A stretch of 63,995 nucleotides of DNA, filler included, from Rhabdomonas costata (GCA_019059605.1; 31 parts of 31 records of this genome joined end to end with filler, not necessarily neighbours in it), one strand, 5' to 3'. Numbered from the whole stretch's first letter, positions 37,316 through 51,399 are shown. Notes: a model not told the origin generated them from the sequence alone. Translations and numbers: made by a program.

Positions 37316-39168
37316 TTAGGGCTTCTTCACAAAAAGCCAGGCCAAGCCTTTCCGCAGCTCGTTCACGGCAATGCCGAGCTTCCCACTGGCCTCCGCACTG
37401 CTAGTTTGGGCCTGGGGACCCAAGCGGGATGCTAACCGCTCCGCGCCCACCCCCTGTCCCGAGAAAACGATAAACACCGTGTTCACAGGAGCAGCTTGCA
37501 GAAGCTCCTGCATGGCATGGTCCAATTGAGCCATGCACTGCTCCACAGGATCGGGTTCGGTAGATACCCCGCTTCCGTCACTAGGTTTGGGGCAGGTCTG
37601 CTCCTTCTCGGGGGTCTTGCCATTCGAAGGAGAGCTGGAGGACCCTTGGGCGGTACTGCCAGTGTCTTGCGCCTGCAGCGCCTCGTACAGGCTGTGTAGC
37701 TGGACCCAAACGAGCTGCCGAGAAGTGCCCCGCAGCTGGGTCGCAGCCCGCGTAACGGCAGTGCGGTCATCACTGACGGCAATTGCGCTCACCGCAGGGG
37801 GCGCCAGAAAAGACAGAATAGAAGCCCGGTCGATGCAAGTCACGGGAAACGTTCGAGCTTCGGCAATGACCTGAATCGCAAGCGTCGCGCGGAAGTGTTT
37901 TCGTCAAACGACCCCAAATTTGAGTGCCGTCCTCACAGATGGGAAAGGAATTCGTAGGTATACGCCAGGGTGTCATCCTGGCTCAGCGGCGAAGGGCGAA
38001 AGCTTCAATCTTAACATAATTTACGTCGCAGAAAATCGCCCAAGCGAGCCAACGCCCAAGAACTAAGACTCAGCCCCCCCTTAAAGCAGTACCAAAGCAA
38101 AAAAAAACTTGCACCCAACTCACTAATATACGATCGATGGACCATCAGAAAAAAGTAAAAACGCAACTACCTGGAAAATGTTTTGGCGCTGCACTTCTTG
38201 CCCAAACCCTGGTCCGTTGTTCAGCTTCAGCTGGAACAGCTCCATGCACGTCGTTGCGTCTATAATCGGGCAGTGGCCCAGCCTACTGGCCTTCTCCGCA
38301 GCAGACTTCCCTTGAGCCTCACCAACCACAGCAGACTCAGGTGCAGGCGGCGCCTTACTTTCGACAGGGCTGTCCTCCTTGTCCTTGGGTCCTGGCCCAT
38401 TGCCGTAAAACCCCTGGATGCTCTTCTGCAAGTATTTGTAGGCGAGGTACCTGGAACCCGTGAAAACCCTGCTATTCACACACAATAAGAGCACGCACGG
38501 AAGTCACCCAAACGCCAGGTTACCAGAGACCTTCGTATTCACGCCAGGAGCAGATAAACCCCAGGGGGCCTGGTCAAGGCAGGGGGGCTAAGTCCCCGAA
38601 TAAAAAGACTCAGGAAACCAACATTACTGCATCGCCTTTTCGCGGACGCTGAACACTCCGCGCCGCTGCTTCCGCGACCGACTCTTTCTAAAAAAAACCA
38701 TCAAAAAATCATTTTTGATTCGAAATCGGGACCCTCAAGAACGAACACACGTAATGGGACCCACTTGCCAGCAGGGAGCATTCGCACTTTGGGACACACA
38801 CTGGGACACGCACTGGTATACCACCGATCGTAGTTCAACTGCACTTGAGTTACACTGATCACGTAATAATCATGTTTTTCAGGGCCCAGCCTTCCAGCAG
38901 CATTTCCAAGGCGTGAGGCAGACGTTCACTTCATATCATCAACCTCCAACTCACACAATCTCGCAAACATGCACCGCAGGGCGGACTTCAGCGGGGGTCC
39001 GGCGGGATGCGGGAACAGGCAGGAGGTGTCGACGACCCTCAGATGGGCCAGCTTGAGTGCCTGCAGGTCGTTCTCCAAGCTGTGTCCCACTACGATGGTG
39101 TCCTCGAAGATCAGCCCCTGGAGGTCCCGCTGGACATCCACCAGGCGGGTGGTAACCCCATCCAGGGC
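37316..39168 (-). CDS. REX1/REXO1-like DEDDh RNA exonuclease, 3' part
   Basis: Exons 38975-39168, 38171-38450 and 37316-37870 give TIVVGHSLENDLQALKLAHLRVVDTSCLF, ALR|YLAYKYLQKSIQ, GHCPIIDATTCMEL...GPGFG, and NTVFIVFSGQG...LFVKKP-TAA. Confidence 0.93.
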
Positions 39169-39467
39169 CTACCTCCCGACCCCCCCCCAACCNNNNNNNN
39201 NNNNNNNNNNNNNNNNNNNNNNNNNNNNNNNNNNNNTTAATTAATTAANNNNNNNNNNNNNNNNNNNNNNNNNNNNNNNNNNNNNNNNNNNNATGCCAAC
39301 CCCATTTCATCAAAACAGCATCGTGTAGCGGGTGCAGACACACTTCACTAATCCTCGTACTCGAAAAAAGACTTTGCGAAAGAACGAAATATATTTTGGT
39401 TTACTACAATCGCTCCTAAAGTCCCTCTTGGATCCATCTGGCTTGTTTTTCCCATGCCCTTTTCCAG

Positions 39468-41108
39468 GAAGGGGACCCTGTCACCCTGAGGTCCCTCATG
39501 ATCACTGGAGCGGCCCTGTCCGAGCCTGCCACCTTAGAGGCGGAGCTGCGGCGTGGGCTCACGGAGGTTCTGCTGTGGGGGGCCCTGCAGTGCCTTCCGC
39601 TGGGAAGGGTCTGCCCCACGCTCAGTCTGCTGAGTGCCTGGCACCGCGTAGAAGAGGAGGAGGAAGGACAAAACCAAGGACAGGCCCCGGGCCTTCGCCC
39701 TAAGCCCGCCGCTATGGAGCTGTGCGTTGCTCTGCAAAGGGTTTCTTCCAACACTTGCTCGTGCATGTACATTCAGCAGAGTCGTCCTTTTTTCAAGATT
39801 GCAGAAATAATAATAAATAAGTACAAAACTGTTCGAAGGCCCTTCTCCTCGTATGCTTCGAGACGTAGAAATTCGCCTTGGGTTGTTCTGAAAAGAACTT
39901 CTTCGATAACGGGATGTTGACATAAGCGTACGCCTAAGTACCCCCAGACCCCCCCCCCATGTTTCTGGTGGTATTCCATCGATAAACTGCCTTTGAGCGG
40001 TGGATTCTGTGGCTCTCTTCTTCTGCTCTGCTACAGGGTTCTTCTTAGCTGGTGGCAGTGATATACGGATCTGTCTGGGTTAACATTTTCAGGTGACCGA
40101 GCCCCTCGCAGGGCTTCTCTCCGACGCCCAGGTCTTCCAGCTGCTGTACTTCCAGCTAGCTAGCTTCCTGTGTGTGGGGTTCCGGCTGCCCCCATGCTCC
40201 CCGTATGCAGTGCTCTCCCGCCGCTGGGCCTGCCGCACCCTTGGAAAGGAGCACCTCACTGGGGTGGCCTTCCAGCTGGACCTGCACCAGGACGAGCCCG
40301 CCAGTGCGGCGTCAGTGCTGTGCTTCCCGACCCCATTCCCAGTGGTGTATCTTACCGACCTCGCTGGAGGGTGTGGCTGGGAGGTGGGGTCGGTCTACTT
40401 CAGCCTGTTTCTCTTTCCGCAGGAGCTTTATGGGAAGCCCTGTTTATTTGTAGCACCACACACACGTTTGGCACCATGTTCAGGGAAAGGTAGAAAGGTT
40501 CCTTGCAGTGGTGAAGGTTGTTGCAAGACGTTTCAAAATTCCCTCCCTGCCAGCGACTGCCTCTATTCCGGCTCCGGCCCTAAGCGGTGCAGCACGCTTG
40601 ACGCTGCGCTGGGATGTTAGCTGGCCCCTTCACGACCAAATCAAGTGGAAAGAAGGATAGATGACTGACTGCCTGTATTTGGCCTGGGTGCAAGATTCGG
40701 TGTTGGTGTCAGAACATCTTGCATTCACATCACAAGGAATCTGTGTCTGTCTGCCTTCCTAATGCGTATTGTCAACGCTTGTCTTCCGTTTTCTTGTGAA
40801 GAAAATTTAGAGGAATCAATGGGAGAATTAAGTCCTCATTGGGCCACCCGTATCGAAACACTCCTCCCCTGCACGTGATAAAAGGACATGTGACGGCCTC
40901 CCTTTGCTGGCCAAGGCGGGGTACTGTGGTGTCCCTGACTTCAGTAGCGGCGGTCCCGATGCCCCACCTCCAAGATTGATGACCACTACGTTGTGCCGGA
41001 CTGCAGTTGGTACGGAGACTATGAGATGGGCTGCGCAGCTTGATGTGAGCTCTCCTCAGGATGCTCGGCAGGCGCTGGCTAGCCTCTTCCAGCGGTTCCA
41101 GGCCGCGG
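39468..41108 (+). CDS. Hypothetical protein, at least 3 exons
   Basis: AG..GT-bounded GC-rich open segments at about 39468-39740, 40093-40369 and 40916-41108; no motif recognised. Confidence 0.5.
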
Positions 41109-41794
41109 GTGTGTTTATTATGCTTATGCTTTGGCTGCAAGTTAAATTCCAGAGAGTCAGAAGCGAAAACATGCAGTTGAAAATCGCTGAGAAAATGAAG
41201 GCCAGGTCGGAGTTTCGGTGACCTTACTTTGAGTTGTGGTGGTAGGGTCACCCAAACCANNNNNNNNNNNNNNNNNNNNNNNNNNNNNNNNNNNNNNNNN
41301 NNNTTAATTAATTAANNNNNNNNNNNNNNNNNNNNNNNNNNNNNNNNNNNNNNNNNNNNGTGTGTGGGGTGAAGAGGGCCGGGTTGGGGTGAAGGGACGG
41401 TCGCCTTTGTATGTATATTTTCCGTGGGAAACATCGGATATTCTTGGGAGACAGCTTCACACAGGCAGGGTGGCGGAAAGGCGCCGCCCCAATGCTGAGG
41501 CTGTGAGATGCGCCCGCTCAAAGGAAACGCTGAAATGGCCCTGTCACTTGTGCAGACTCTGCACAAGCTGTCTCTCTCTCTGTTTGTGTGTGTGTGTGTG
41601 TGCTGTAGAAGAGCCTGGAATTTAACATGTTCTTCGCGCGAAACGCTGTCCCGGCCTTTGGGTAACCCGTGGAGGCGGTTTCGTAAGGGCTACCGGGCAG
41701 CTTGTTATGTGGCTTGGAATCCCTTGCCCCCTGCTGCTCCTCTTCCTCTCCTCTCCTCCTTCCGTTCTGTGGTCCACTGTCCACTTTATTTTTG

Positions 41795-42012
41795 TTTCTG
41801 TACTTCCCGAGTAGCGCCCCTTTTCCTATGTGTATGTTACGGGGGAAAGAGAAGCGCGAGCCCTCCCCAGAAAAAAGTCACCGTGGCCAAGGGTACAAAG
41901 GGTGTGTTGTTTTTCGGTGCTTCTTAGTTTTAGCGGTGTGTTTATGGTTCGAGCTCTCGTCGACTGCCCGCGGGTTTCTTTCTGTACTTCCCGAGTAGCG
42001 CGCCTTTTTTCC
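41795..42012 (+). repeat. Direct repeat TTTCTGTACTTCCCGAGTAGCGC, two copies 184 nt apart, in a non-coding (TG)n- and pyrimidine-rich contig
   Basis: 23 identical nt at 41795 and 41979. Confidence 0.85.
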
Positions 42013-43730
42013 TTTTCATTCCTTTTCCGCATTTTTTTTCTTCAGTTGCGACGAGAAAATAGCACAGATGCACACATACACACGCCGTTCTCTGTTGTCT
42101 CCTTTCCTTCCGTTTTACACAACGCTGCGGCGCGCATACGGCAGAGGGAACCGACTTCTTCCTCTTCTTCTTCCTCTCATTCCTCGCTTCCTTGAAGATT
42201 GCTTTGAAGGCAGAGCAATGCCGTCGCCCCCCACCCCCTTTCTTTTTCCCTTGTGGGCTGTGCCATCAACGAGGGAGGGGAGCAAGTGGGTCAGGCTCCC
42301 CACCCTGGGTGGGCTGTACGATTCGAATTCGAGACCAGGTATACTCCTGCCGTTGCCTTTGCTTAGTTTTGGCTTTGCTGCCTGTGCCCAAGTGGCCGCT
42401 CCTTTGCCCTTTAGTGTGCGCGTGTTTGGGAGGGAAGTGAGCGAAGGAGTGAGTACGACTCGAGATGAGAGAGTGGACCAAGTTCTTCTGAAGCGAAAAC
42501 GAGGGGAAGTGTGTGGCTGTTTGGGGAGGCTCCCTCCACCCCCCTTTCGCGTGTTTTTTGTTTTGCCTTACGGCACCAAGCAAGCCACAGGGTAATCTCC
42601 GTGGCACACGTGAATGTGAAAAACAATAAAAGAATCAGACGGAAAGGCAAAATGTGTATAGTTCTGGTGTGTGTGTGTGCATGTGCACGTGTGTGTGTGT
42701 GTGTGGCCGCTTGCCTGCTGCCCCTCCCCGAACATGTTCCTTACCCTACTGGTTTTGCTGGCTCCTCATTCGTACTCTCTGACGGCGTGATCGGCAACTT
42801 GGGGCACATGCGTGCATATACAAAGCAGTACGTTCTGGTTGCCTGTGTGTGTGTGCACAGGTCGCGAGCGAGAACTGAACTGCACCGAAGGCTTTGCGCC
42901 TTTTTATTGTCATCGGGGAGGGGGGGGGTATGGGCGTAGCATGTCGTCCGTGTATGTGTGTGTGTTGTGATGCGCTCGGGTTCACCACTCAAATTTCCCC
43001 AACTGTTCTAGACCGACGCGGCTTCAGAGCACACATTCAGAGCCGACCAGGAACCCCTATTTTCTTTCTTGTGCTACTGCTTTCACACGCGCCCCACCCC
43101 AGGAGAGGGAGAGGGGTTGTGCCATAGTTTTCTCGCTCTATCTCGCTGTCTCTGTGTTACTTTTGCTACTTTTCTTGTTTGCTGTACTTTTTGGATGTAC
43201 TCTGAGGAAAGAAAGCACACCGCTGGGTTTTAGCGTCATTGATTGTGTGGTTTGTGCAGGAACGAGGAGCTGGAATGCGCCTTGCATTCGCCTTCTACAT
43301 GCCGATGGTTTATTTTTCGGAGGATGCNNNNNNNNNNNNNNNNNNNNNNNNNNNNNNNNNNNNNNNNNNNNTTAATTAATTAANNNNNNNNNNNNNNNNN
43401 NNNNNNNNNNNNNNNNNNNNNNNNNNNATTTCATTTAACATCCAAAAAGTGAGAGACACACACAAACTTTTCACACAATTCATTTTTTGCGTTCCTCTCT
43501 CGCCCTCACATTCGCGGTCCTCCCTCTCCTCTTGCGGTTGCTGCATCATTTTTCACGACATATTTTGCTTCTGACAATTGTGTTTTGCTTTGTGGTGCTC
43601 TGCAATTCTTTACTGAAACTGCGGTGGCTCCTTGCTCTTTACCTTGTTGTGAAGCGCAAAAAGGGAGGCAAAGAAACCAGAACAGAACAGAAAAGTAAAA
43701 TTCAGCGAATGAGGGGACGGGGGGGATACC

Positions 43731-45208
43731 ATGCAGTGCCCCATATTTGAGCAGAACTTTAACCGCGCTGGGGCGACCGTTGCAGCTCGCCCAGTGAAGC
43801 AAAGTCATTCCTGAAAGTAGACCAGAACCAAAATTAAAGTAGTAACGTGGCAAATCTCAACCAAGCTTCCTATCATCCTGCAAGATTTACTTCCAAAGAT
43901 GATTTCGCAGTGGAAGAATTTTCAGGGCACACTTTGTCGCGTTTTTGTCGCGATTTTGGTGGTCTTGGGTTCTAGGTTATATTCGATCGAAAGAGAAATG
44001 GTTTTTCAAAAAAACCAGCAATAAAACATACAGGCTCTTTATCATAAACTTATTTCCTTTAAGAATGTCACCACTGGCAAGCCAGCCCGCAGAACCTCGA
44101 AACTCTGTGCTGACCGGTGCCTCACCTCCATAGAAATCCGAACCACAGGAACCTCGCTACAACCCCAACCCCACACAGCAACATTCCGACCCCTCTCATT
44201 TAACACATTGGCATGCCCTACACGAATGCCTTCCGCCCTCCCCCACCAAATGTGCATTATAGAAAACCCTTTCGCTGCCTTTCGGCTGGTGCACACTCGC
44301 GCCTGTGTTTTTTTCTTCTTACTCTGGGGCAAAACGGAAGTGTTCGGGAAAAAACTAAAATAGGCGACAATCTGAGCGAACATTAAACCCAGTTTTTTAC
44401 ACTGCGGGACACCTTCATGAACCGCCACAAAGGGCAACAACTCGATTCTGGTTCTGAGCACAGTGTTGGCAAATCGGCAACTTCAAGCCGGTTGGAGGCG
44501 TTCATTGCACGCAATAATTAGCAGAGTCTCATTATGGATGTTAACAAAGTATCCCACACCCCCAAAAGTCACCTTGGCCACGGCAGCAGCCAAAAAGAAA
44601 TGTTCAAAGGTCACCACGTGACAGAAAACAAAGGCCGAAAGATATATTCCATCGTTTGCCAGTTTGGTGACCACGAGGATGCCACGATCATGCAGAAAAC
44701 ATGCGAGAAACCAGCAACAACCAAACTGGTCTTTGCTGTCCACATTGCACTTTCCTTCCAAACACTGCTCCAGAATCTCAGCGTCACCGTTCATTGCCAT
44801 GCGCAAAAGCATGTCCTGCAATCAACACCAAAGCAAAGACGCTAAAGAGCGGCAGGGAGGGGGGGGGGCGGTTGACAACCCCTTCTTTGCGTGAGAGGAA
44901 GGCAAAAAACTGAACATGCACCTCATGAGTGGTCCATGCAAGCAAACGTTGGAGGGAACTGGATGGTTGAGATGGAATTAGACGGGGTGAGCGGCGAATT
45001 GAGACTTCACAGTCAAAAAAGGGAAAGCCTGTTTTGCGGTAAACCACGCAAAGAAATGCAACGCATGCAGAGACCAACACAGAATGAAACATGAAACCTT
45101 GCTGACAGTCTGTGGCCCAAGCACGACACCGTCTTCTTCCTCGGGATCCTCGCTATCTGACCCATCCTGGTCTTGTTCGCTGGATGGCTCGTCAGCACAC
45201 ACGTCCAT
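43731..45208 (-). CDS. Ankyrin-repeat protein with an acidic N-terminal region; partial
   Basis: Exons encode DGSDSEDPEEED, LLRMAMNGDAEILEQCLEGKCNVDSKDQF and GMTLLHWASCNGRPSAVKVLLKYGA. Confidence 0.85.
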
Positions 45209-47403
45209 TCAACGCAGCGACGTGTCAGAGAAAAAGCTGCGCCAGGAAGCATTTCAGGGCAACTGCCGGACTATGTACCAGGGCGATTTCCCTCCTGCGC
45301 AACAGCCCGAGTTTCCGGTTTGCCCATTTTTCGGTGGCCTCATTTGCCTTTGTTCTTCATTTGCCTTTAAAAATGGTTTCACGTCAAACCCACCNNNNNN
45401 NNNNNNNNNNNNNNNNNNNNNNNNNNNNNNNNNNNNNNTTAATTAATTAANNNNNNNNNNNNNNNNNNNNNNNNNNNNNNNNNNNNNNNNNNNNGCAATA
45501 TGACGTGCGACGGACCCCATCGACAAGGGCGGAAACAACGAAGCCCAACAACCCCTGAACCATACTTTGAACCCCGTAGCTTCCCGGTGTGCACATGGAG
45601 TGGATGGTATGGCGGAGACCCGTGGGAACATGAACTCGAGGAAATGCAGATCCGAAAGGAAAGAACGTTCGTGGGAATTTGCGAAAACCCTTTACAGTTG
45701 GGGGAGTACTGGATAACCAAACCAGGGGGAGAAGTTGCCCGAGCGAGATTCCGAGGCTATTACTTCGCATTGAGACGCCCCTGTTCCGTCGTGGTGCAGC
45801 TGGAGACCGACATCGCGGCCTTCAGTCTTGCCCTGAACGGAAGAGTGTATGCCACCGAAGCGGCGGCAAGGCGAGTACATGCGGCACTGCAGAAAAAGTA
45901 AGGAGCGCAAGGTTTGATCCCGCGGCCAAAAGCGACAAGGAGGGAAGGACGGACGAGGGAGTGGAGGAGGAGGAGAAGGGGAGGGAGGAAGAGCGACACA
46001 TACACAACCAAAAGAACTCCCGCTCGCGCGGTGACCCCGGGCACCGGTCCGAACCAACCTCTCCAAGGTTAAGGGATAGGACAACGTGGCGGGGGGAGTC
46101 GTGTCCTGGGGGAGAAACGAAAAAAAAGTAAAAAATAGAAAGAAAGAAAGACCCTCGCGGGAGCACACACTTGATAATCAGCCCCGCCGCCCCTCGGGGC
46201 TGATGGATGTGGCAGCAGCGAGGAAGGTGGGAGGGGTATTTACCCCAGGGCCCTCCACAAAGGCCAGCGATTACCAGAAAGAAGAGGCAACCAATCCCAA
46301 CCCCAAGTCCAAGAGGCCGACGGCAGGAAAGGCACCCGACACTCGCAGCCCACTCCGGGGCTGCCGGCCTCCTTTGGCAAGGACGCCCGCGACTTCGTGC
46401 GGGCCTGCATGACCCCGAACCACCTAGAGCGGCCTGGGTACGTGTTTGCTTGATATCAACTACACCACACACACATTGAGTGTGGAGTCGCAGAGACCTG
46501 AGCAGCAATGAAACAATGCAAGTAGCGGCTGGAAAAGAGCAGCTGCGCGACAATGGCTCGGGACGCGTGGGGCAGAAGGGAGGTTACCAGATGTGGAACG
46601 TTCGGCGGTGAGCCGGTTCCGGTTCCCCCACGGCACCGTTCGCTCGAGTGGTACCTCTTGCGAGCACCCGTGGCCAACAGCGCTTGCGCCAGTCAGTCCA
46701 GAGTGGTCACCAACAACCAGGCAACCAGTCAACCATGCAACAGCCAGCGCGCGACGCGCCCAACACACACCGCACTCGCCTCGCATATGGGCCTTCTTCG
46801 CCACACCTCAGACACGGTCTCTTGTGTGTATGTGTTTTTTTGCAGCTTCTATGGCTGTTGGATCCCGTATCCCCGGGGGTACTTGTGGCGCTAAACGGGA
46901 CGTGTCAAATGTTAACAGTATCCATGCATTTTTGGTGGAACTTCTGAGCCCTTTTCAAAAATGTTGAAGCAGGGGCAAGGTCTTGTTTCGCACTTTTGGC
47001 TGAAACTCCCCATGTCTAGGGTACCGTCTACGACACGAGACTACTCTTATAGACTTAGGCGACTGAGACGGGGCGAAAGAAGAAAGGTAGAAAGCAGGGA
47101 CTCGAAAGATGGATGAAAAGAAAAGAATAGATGTCCCCAGCATACAGCGCACAATGCCTGGGTGCTCGCACGGACAAACCCTTTATCCTGTAATCCGCGG
47201 GGCGCCGGGGCGCCGTACCACACAATAGAATAAGAATCTCCGCCTGCCCCGCGGGTCCCGGGCACATACAACCCATACATACGTGCCGTCGTTAAACCCT
47301 TTTTTTTAACCTTTCGCTGCGTCGGGCAAGACACGGTGCAAAAAGGGTTACAAAAGAGCCGCCAAGGGGCACCACTGGCCGAGGGTGAAAGGTCAGGAAA
47401 CTC

Positions 47404-47462
47404 TGACCCCAAGGACCGGCCACGCAGCGTTTCGGGAGGCCTGCTGTATATACAAAACACCC
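47404..47462 (+). repeat. Dispersed repeat, copy 1 (cut by the contig end)
   Basis: 54 of 59 nt are identical to the reverse complement of 58873-58931. Confidence 0.9.
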
Positions 47463-49629
47463 NNNNNNNNNNNNNNNNNNNNNNNNNNNNNNNNNNNNNN
47501 NNNNNNTTAATTAATTAANNNNNNNNNNNNNNNNNNNNNNNNNNNNNNNNNNNNNNNNNNNNCATTTCCGCTGAGTGCAAAAATCCAAACGTTTTTCTTG
47601 CTCATGCAGCGCGTATCAACGCAAAACAATACGTTTCCATGATACGTGTACAAGCCAAGAGCGCAGGACGGTAAGGAAAGTATTTATCCTAACAAAGGCG
47701 GTGGGTGTTATATAAAGGTTGGCGGAGATGTTGAAATACGGCACGCACGTGCATTTGAGTTTCTTTACGTAACTATCCTTGAAGTGATCGCTGTAATAAT
47801 GCAAATTTGTGACACGGACTGATACTTTTGTATTTGTTTTTAGGAGTTTTAAACGCCAGCAATACAGAGCCGATGAAGAAAACGAACATGGAATTATTCA
47901 AAACATCTGATATCTATTCTAGTGGTTGATCCTCTCTATAAGACCAATACCAGTGTACCTTCCTGGAAACGGACTGATGTTAATCAACCAACATAACTAT
48001 ATAGCACGAGGCCCCACAAGCCACAAAAGAAAAAATACTTAAGAATACATAGGAATCTAATCAGGGAAAAAAGCGCGATACACCGCAACGGCATTATTCC
48101 AAAGCAAGGTATGGTGGTAATGTTTGTGGTATATGGCCACTACTAAAAACACCCCAAACAAAAAAGACCCAAAACGGACAAAATAAGGGTGGCAGAGCCA
48201 ACGAACGAAAGATCAGACGGCGAGGGATTATTGATCAAGGAGATTCGGGGGAAAAGGCACGCCGTGGGCTTGGGGGATCAGGGGTCAATAACGTGCCAGG
48301 TTAGACAAAATGCAGTGCACAAGGGGGCGCCGCACGCAAAGCGGGCACGACAAACCCGGCGCAAAAGAACAAACCACGGGAGGGCAAACCATCCGAAACA
48401 CAAAGCAAATGGGATTGGGACGCAGGAGTTCATGGTGAACCAGCCGTTCAATAAGGCGGCAAGACCGAGGGGACCGAACGCACAACGTAACCCCGGCTGA
48501 CGAGAAAGAGGTGTTCAGGAATCAATTCCGCCGACGCGTATAACATTGGGAAAGTGCGGAAAGTGCGCGCTTTTCCTGCTTTGTGCTTCGGTTTATTTAG
48601 ATTTGGTGTGTGCGGAAAGGGCTTGTCTTCTCGGAAAGATGCAGTGCGGGGTTGGTTTTTGGGGCGCGCACAGCACAGGGGTGACATTTGGAAGTTCCGG
48701 GTCCCTATGGTCGCGCTTGGGCCGGATGGGGACCATCACGTGCAGGGTCCCAGAAATGGGTCCATTCTGGTATGAATGAATGGTCACGCTTTGTTGCACA
48801 AAAATAGCACCAAACTTGGTCGAACCAAAGGCCCTCTAAAGCAAAAAAGGTCAGGCGAACAGAAGAAAGCGGATAATCCCAACTGAGGAGTACCATCCTC
48901 CACTCCCTCCACCGCTGACGGTGGTCCATTTGAAATAGAATCTACTCTGGTTGCTGGTGGCTGCTCTGACATGGCTACGCAGCGGCAAACACTCCTCACA
49001 GAAAACCAATAAATGCAAATCGAAGGAAGATTACGCGGACACAACCTTTTGTGGTAAGCGCTTGCGGTCACAGAGAAGTTGCGAATGGGTTTTCAACGGA
49101 AAAGACGCAGACAAAGCCCTGGAAGTATAGTGAAGAAATTAGAAAGACCACGAGGAAAGGGAGGAGATGAGAGAGATGCCAGTATTGCCTGATGGGATGC
49201 GGGAGGAAGCGAAAACCACATCGAAATTTCTTATGTTGCTCAATCCAAAGGAAGGGCATACGTAAGGTGTGCGGCAAGTCGTGCCACAAGCGAGCCCAGA
49301 ATTGGAACAACGGGCTGCACAACGGCGACGTTCACGACATAGGCCAAAAGGGGGACCCCGCCAGCGAGCCCGGCACTGATCGAAACCGCCCGGCAGTCGC
49401 ATGCCATCGAGTGGGGACCCAGAAGCTGGCAAGCGTCAGTGTTACTTCCGTGGACGGCAAAGAAGGTCACACTGACTAGAGCAAACCCCCCGAAGAAAAG
49501 CTCGCGGCCGACTGACTCAGGCTCACAGANNNNNNNNNNNNNNNNNNNNNNNNNNNNNNNNNNNNNNNNNNNNTTAATTAATTAANNNNNNNNNNNNNNN
49601 NNNNNNNNNNNNNNNNNNNNNNNNNNNNN

Positions 49630-50545
49630 TTGTTGTGGGGAGTCGCGCGCGGATTCCCGTCACTACTTTTCACAGAGGACCAAAAGTGGTGGTATTTCTC
49701 CGTCCACAAAGGCAGGGGTTGGCAGCAGGCGAGCTCTGGGTTCCAGACGTTGTTTTCACAAACCCAGTCTGAGGGATTCGCTACACCGCTGCTGGAAGAG
49801 GAGGAGGCCACCCTGCTCTGCTGACCGCACCGGTGACACTCCAGCCAGAGTTCTTGCAGCGGTTGAGCGACGGCAATTGCCTCATTTGCATCAGGTAATG
49901 AAACTTGAGAAAATCCGTCATCCGGACTGGTGGGAGCCTTTGGACTGTGATCTTCCTGGGAAATTGATTCAAGAGTTGTTCCCAGGTCCAGGGACGCACA
50001 TTCTGTGCTGCATTCAGCTAGGTGGGTGTTTATCCCGTCTTTGGTTCGTTCCTTCAATTGTGAGCGCGCAACCACAGCATCACCTGTGGTATCCAGCCCC
50101 ACCACAATATGACTCGAACTCCATAAGACATGTGGCACTTGTGAAGTGACCAGCTGGGGTGAAGAATTGGAAGATGACAAGGTTTCGTTTCGTGTAACGA
50201 CGTTGAGCTCCCGTCGGTCACGCAACCCACTACCACCTTGGGATGTGGTTGAATCAGCGACCCGCATTGAGTAGCGTTGTAGTGAGGGTACCCCTGGTTC
50301 AAGTAAAAAGGCGGGCTCTTTCGCTGTATCCGCCAAGGTATCTGAGCGATGAGCCACAGAACTTGAGGACAATTGATCATTTATCGAATGCTGGGCCTCA
50401 CATGGGCAATCGGGCCGCAACTCAGCTTGCAAAAGGGTTGGAGCAGCCATTAGCGGCCGAGAGTTCCCAAGAACCGAGGACATTTTATCCTTTTCAACAA
50501 AAGGTGGTGCAACATACGGACCCAGCATGCCCAACACCGGCTGCT
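49630..50545 (-). CDS. Large Ser-rich exon with a CW-type zinc finger
   Basis: Part of the long minus-strand ORF; WLECHRCGQQSR...PSDWVCENNVWNPELACCQP fits the WxxCxxC...WxCxxNxW...CxxP pattern. Confidence 0.72.
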
Positions 50546-51399
50546 GGACAAGACAAAAAAGCTGAAAAAAAACCACAAAGACACAGTTCGTTTCATAGAG
50601 CAATGCAGCCCACCACGGAAAATGCGGTGAGATTGAGATTCCATTTCCTTCACTTGACCTGAACAAAATGGGGAGAAGCAAAGGGTTCTGTTTATAGTCA
50701 GAAAGAGGAGTACCACCGAGTCCACTGCGTCTGGCATAGATGCATTTCACAAATAATGTTGACTGAAGCCAAGTCAACCAAGCTGCGATGATAATCAGGG
50801 ATTGCTGAAGCCTGTCGTTCTGCAGCCTTTTCATACCAAAAACCAACACTGCGATGATGCATGACTACACAAAGAGAGGTACAAACCAACACGCATTCTA
50901 CTAAGTATTCACCAGTTGTATACAAATGGGGGTGGAGGCTCACACGAACAGTGGGACACCAACCGACGACAGGTGCAGCGATGCAGTGGCCGTGCTCTGT
51001 AAGGTGCCCTGGGAGGCATGCACACCAACATCTACCACCCTGGGAGACTAATAATCAGTCCATGGTGGTCCGTGACTGCATCAACTGCCCAGAGACACGT
51101 GCGACAGGTCAAAAATACCTCGCTGTGGCCTCGAGAGAAGAACCATCACCAGGTTTCAAATATCTCACGCGTCACAGCATTCGTGCTCAGAGAGAAGAAC
51201 AAACCGCCCCCATGTAGCGATTCAACGCGGACCCAGCTGAAAATACAGTCAGCGGTAGTGCCATCAGGCGCGACCGAACGAAAGTAAAACACACAGAGAA
51301 CGAAGAACAAAAGAGGCGTGCACACTACAAAAAACCGTATACCGGCAACAAGCCCTAGCGTTCACCCCATGGGATGGACGCAGCACTTAGGGGCACATC

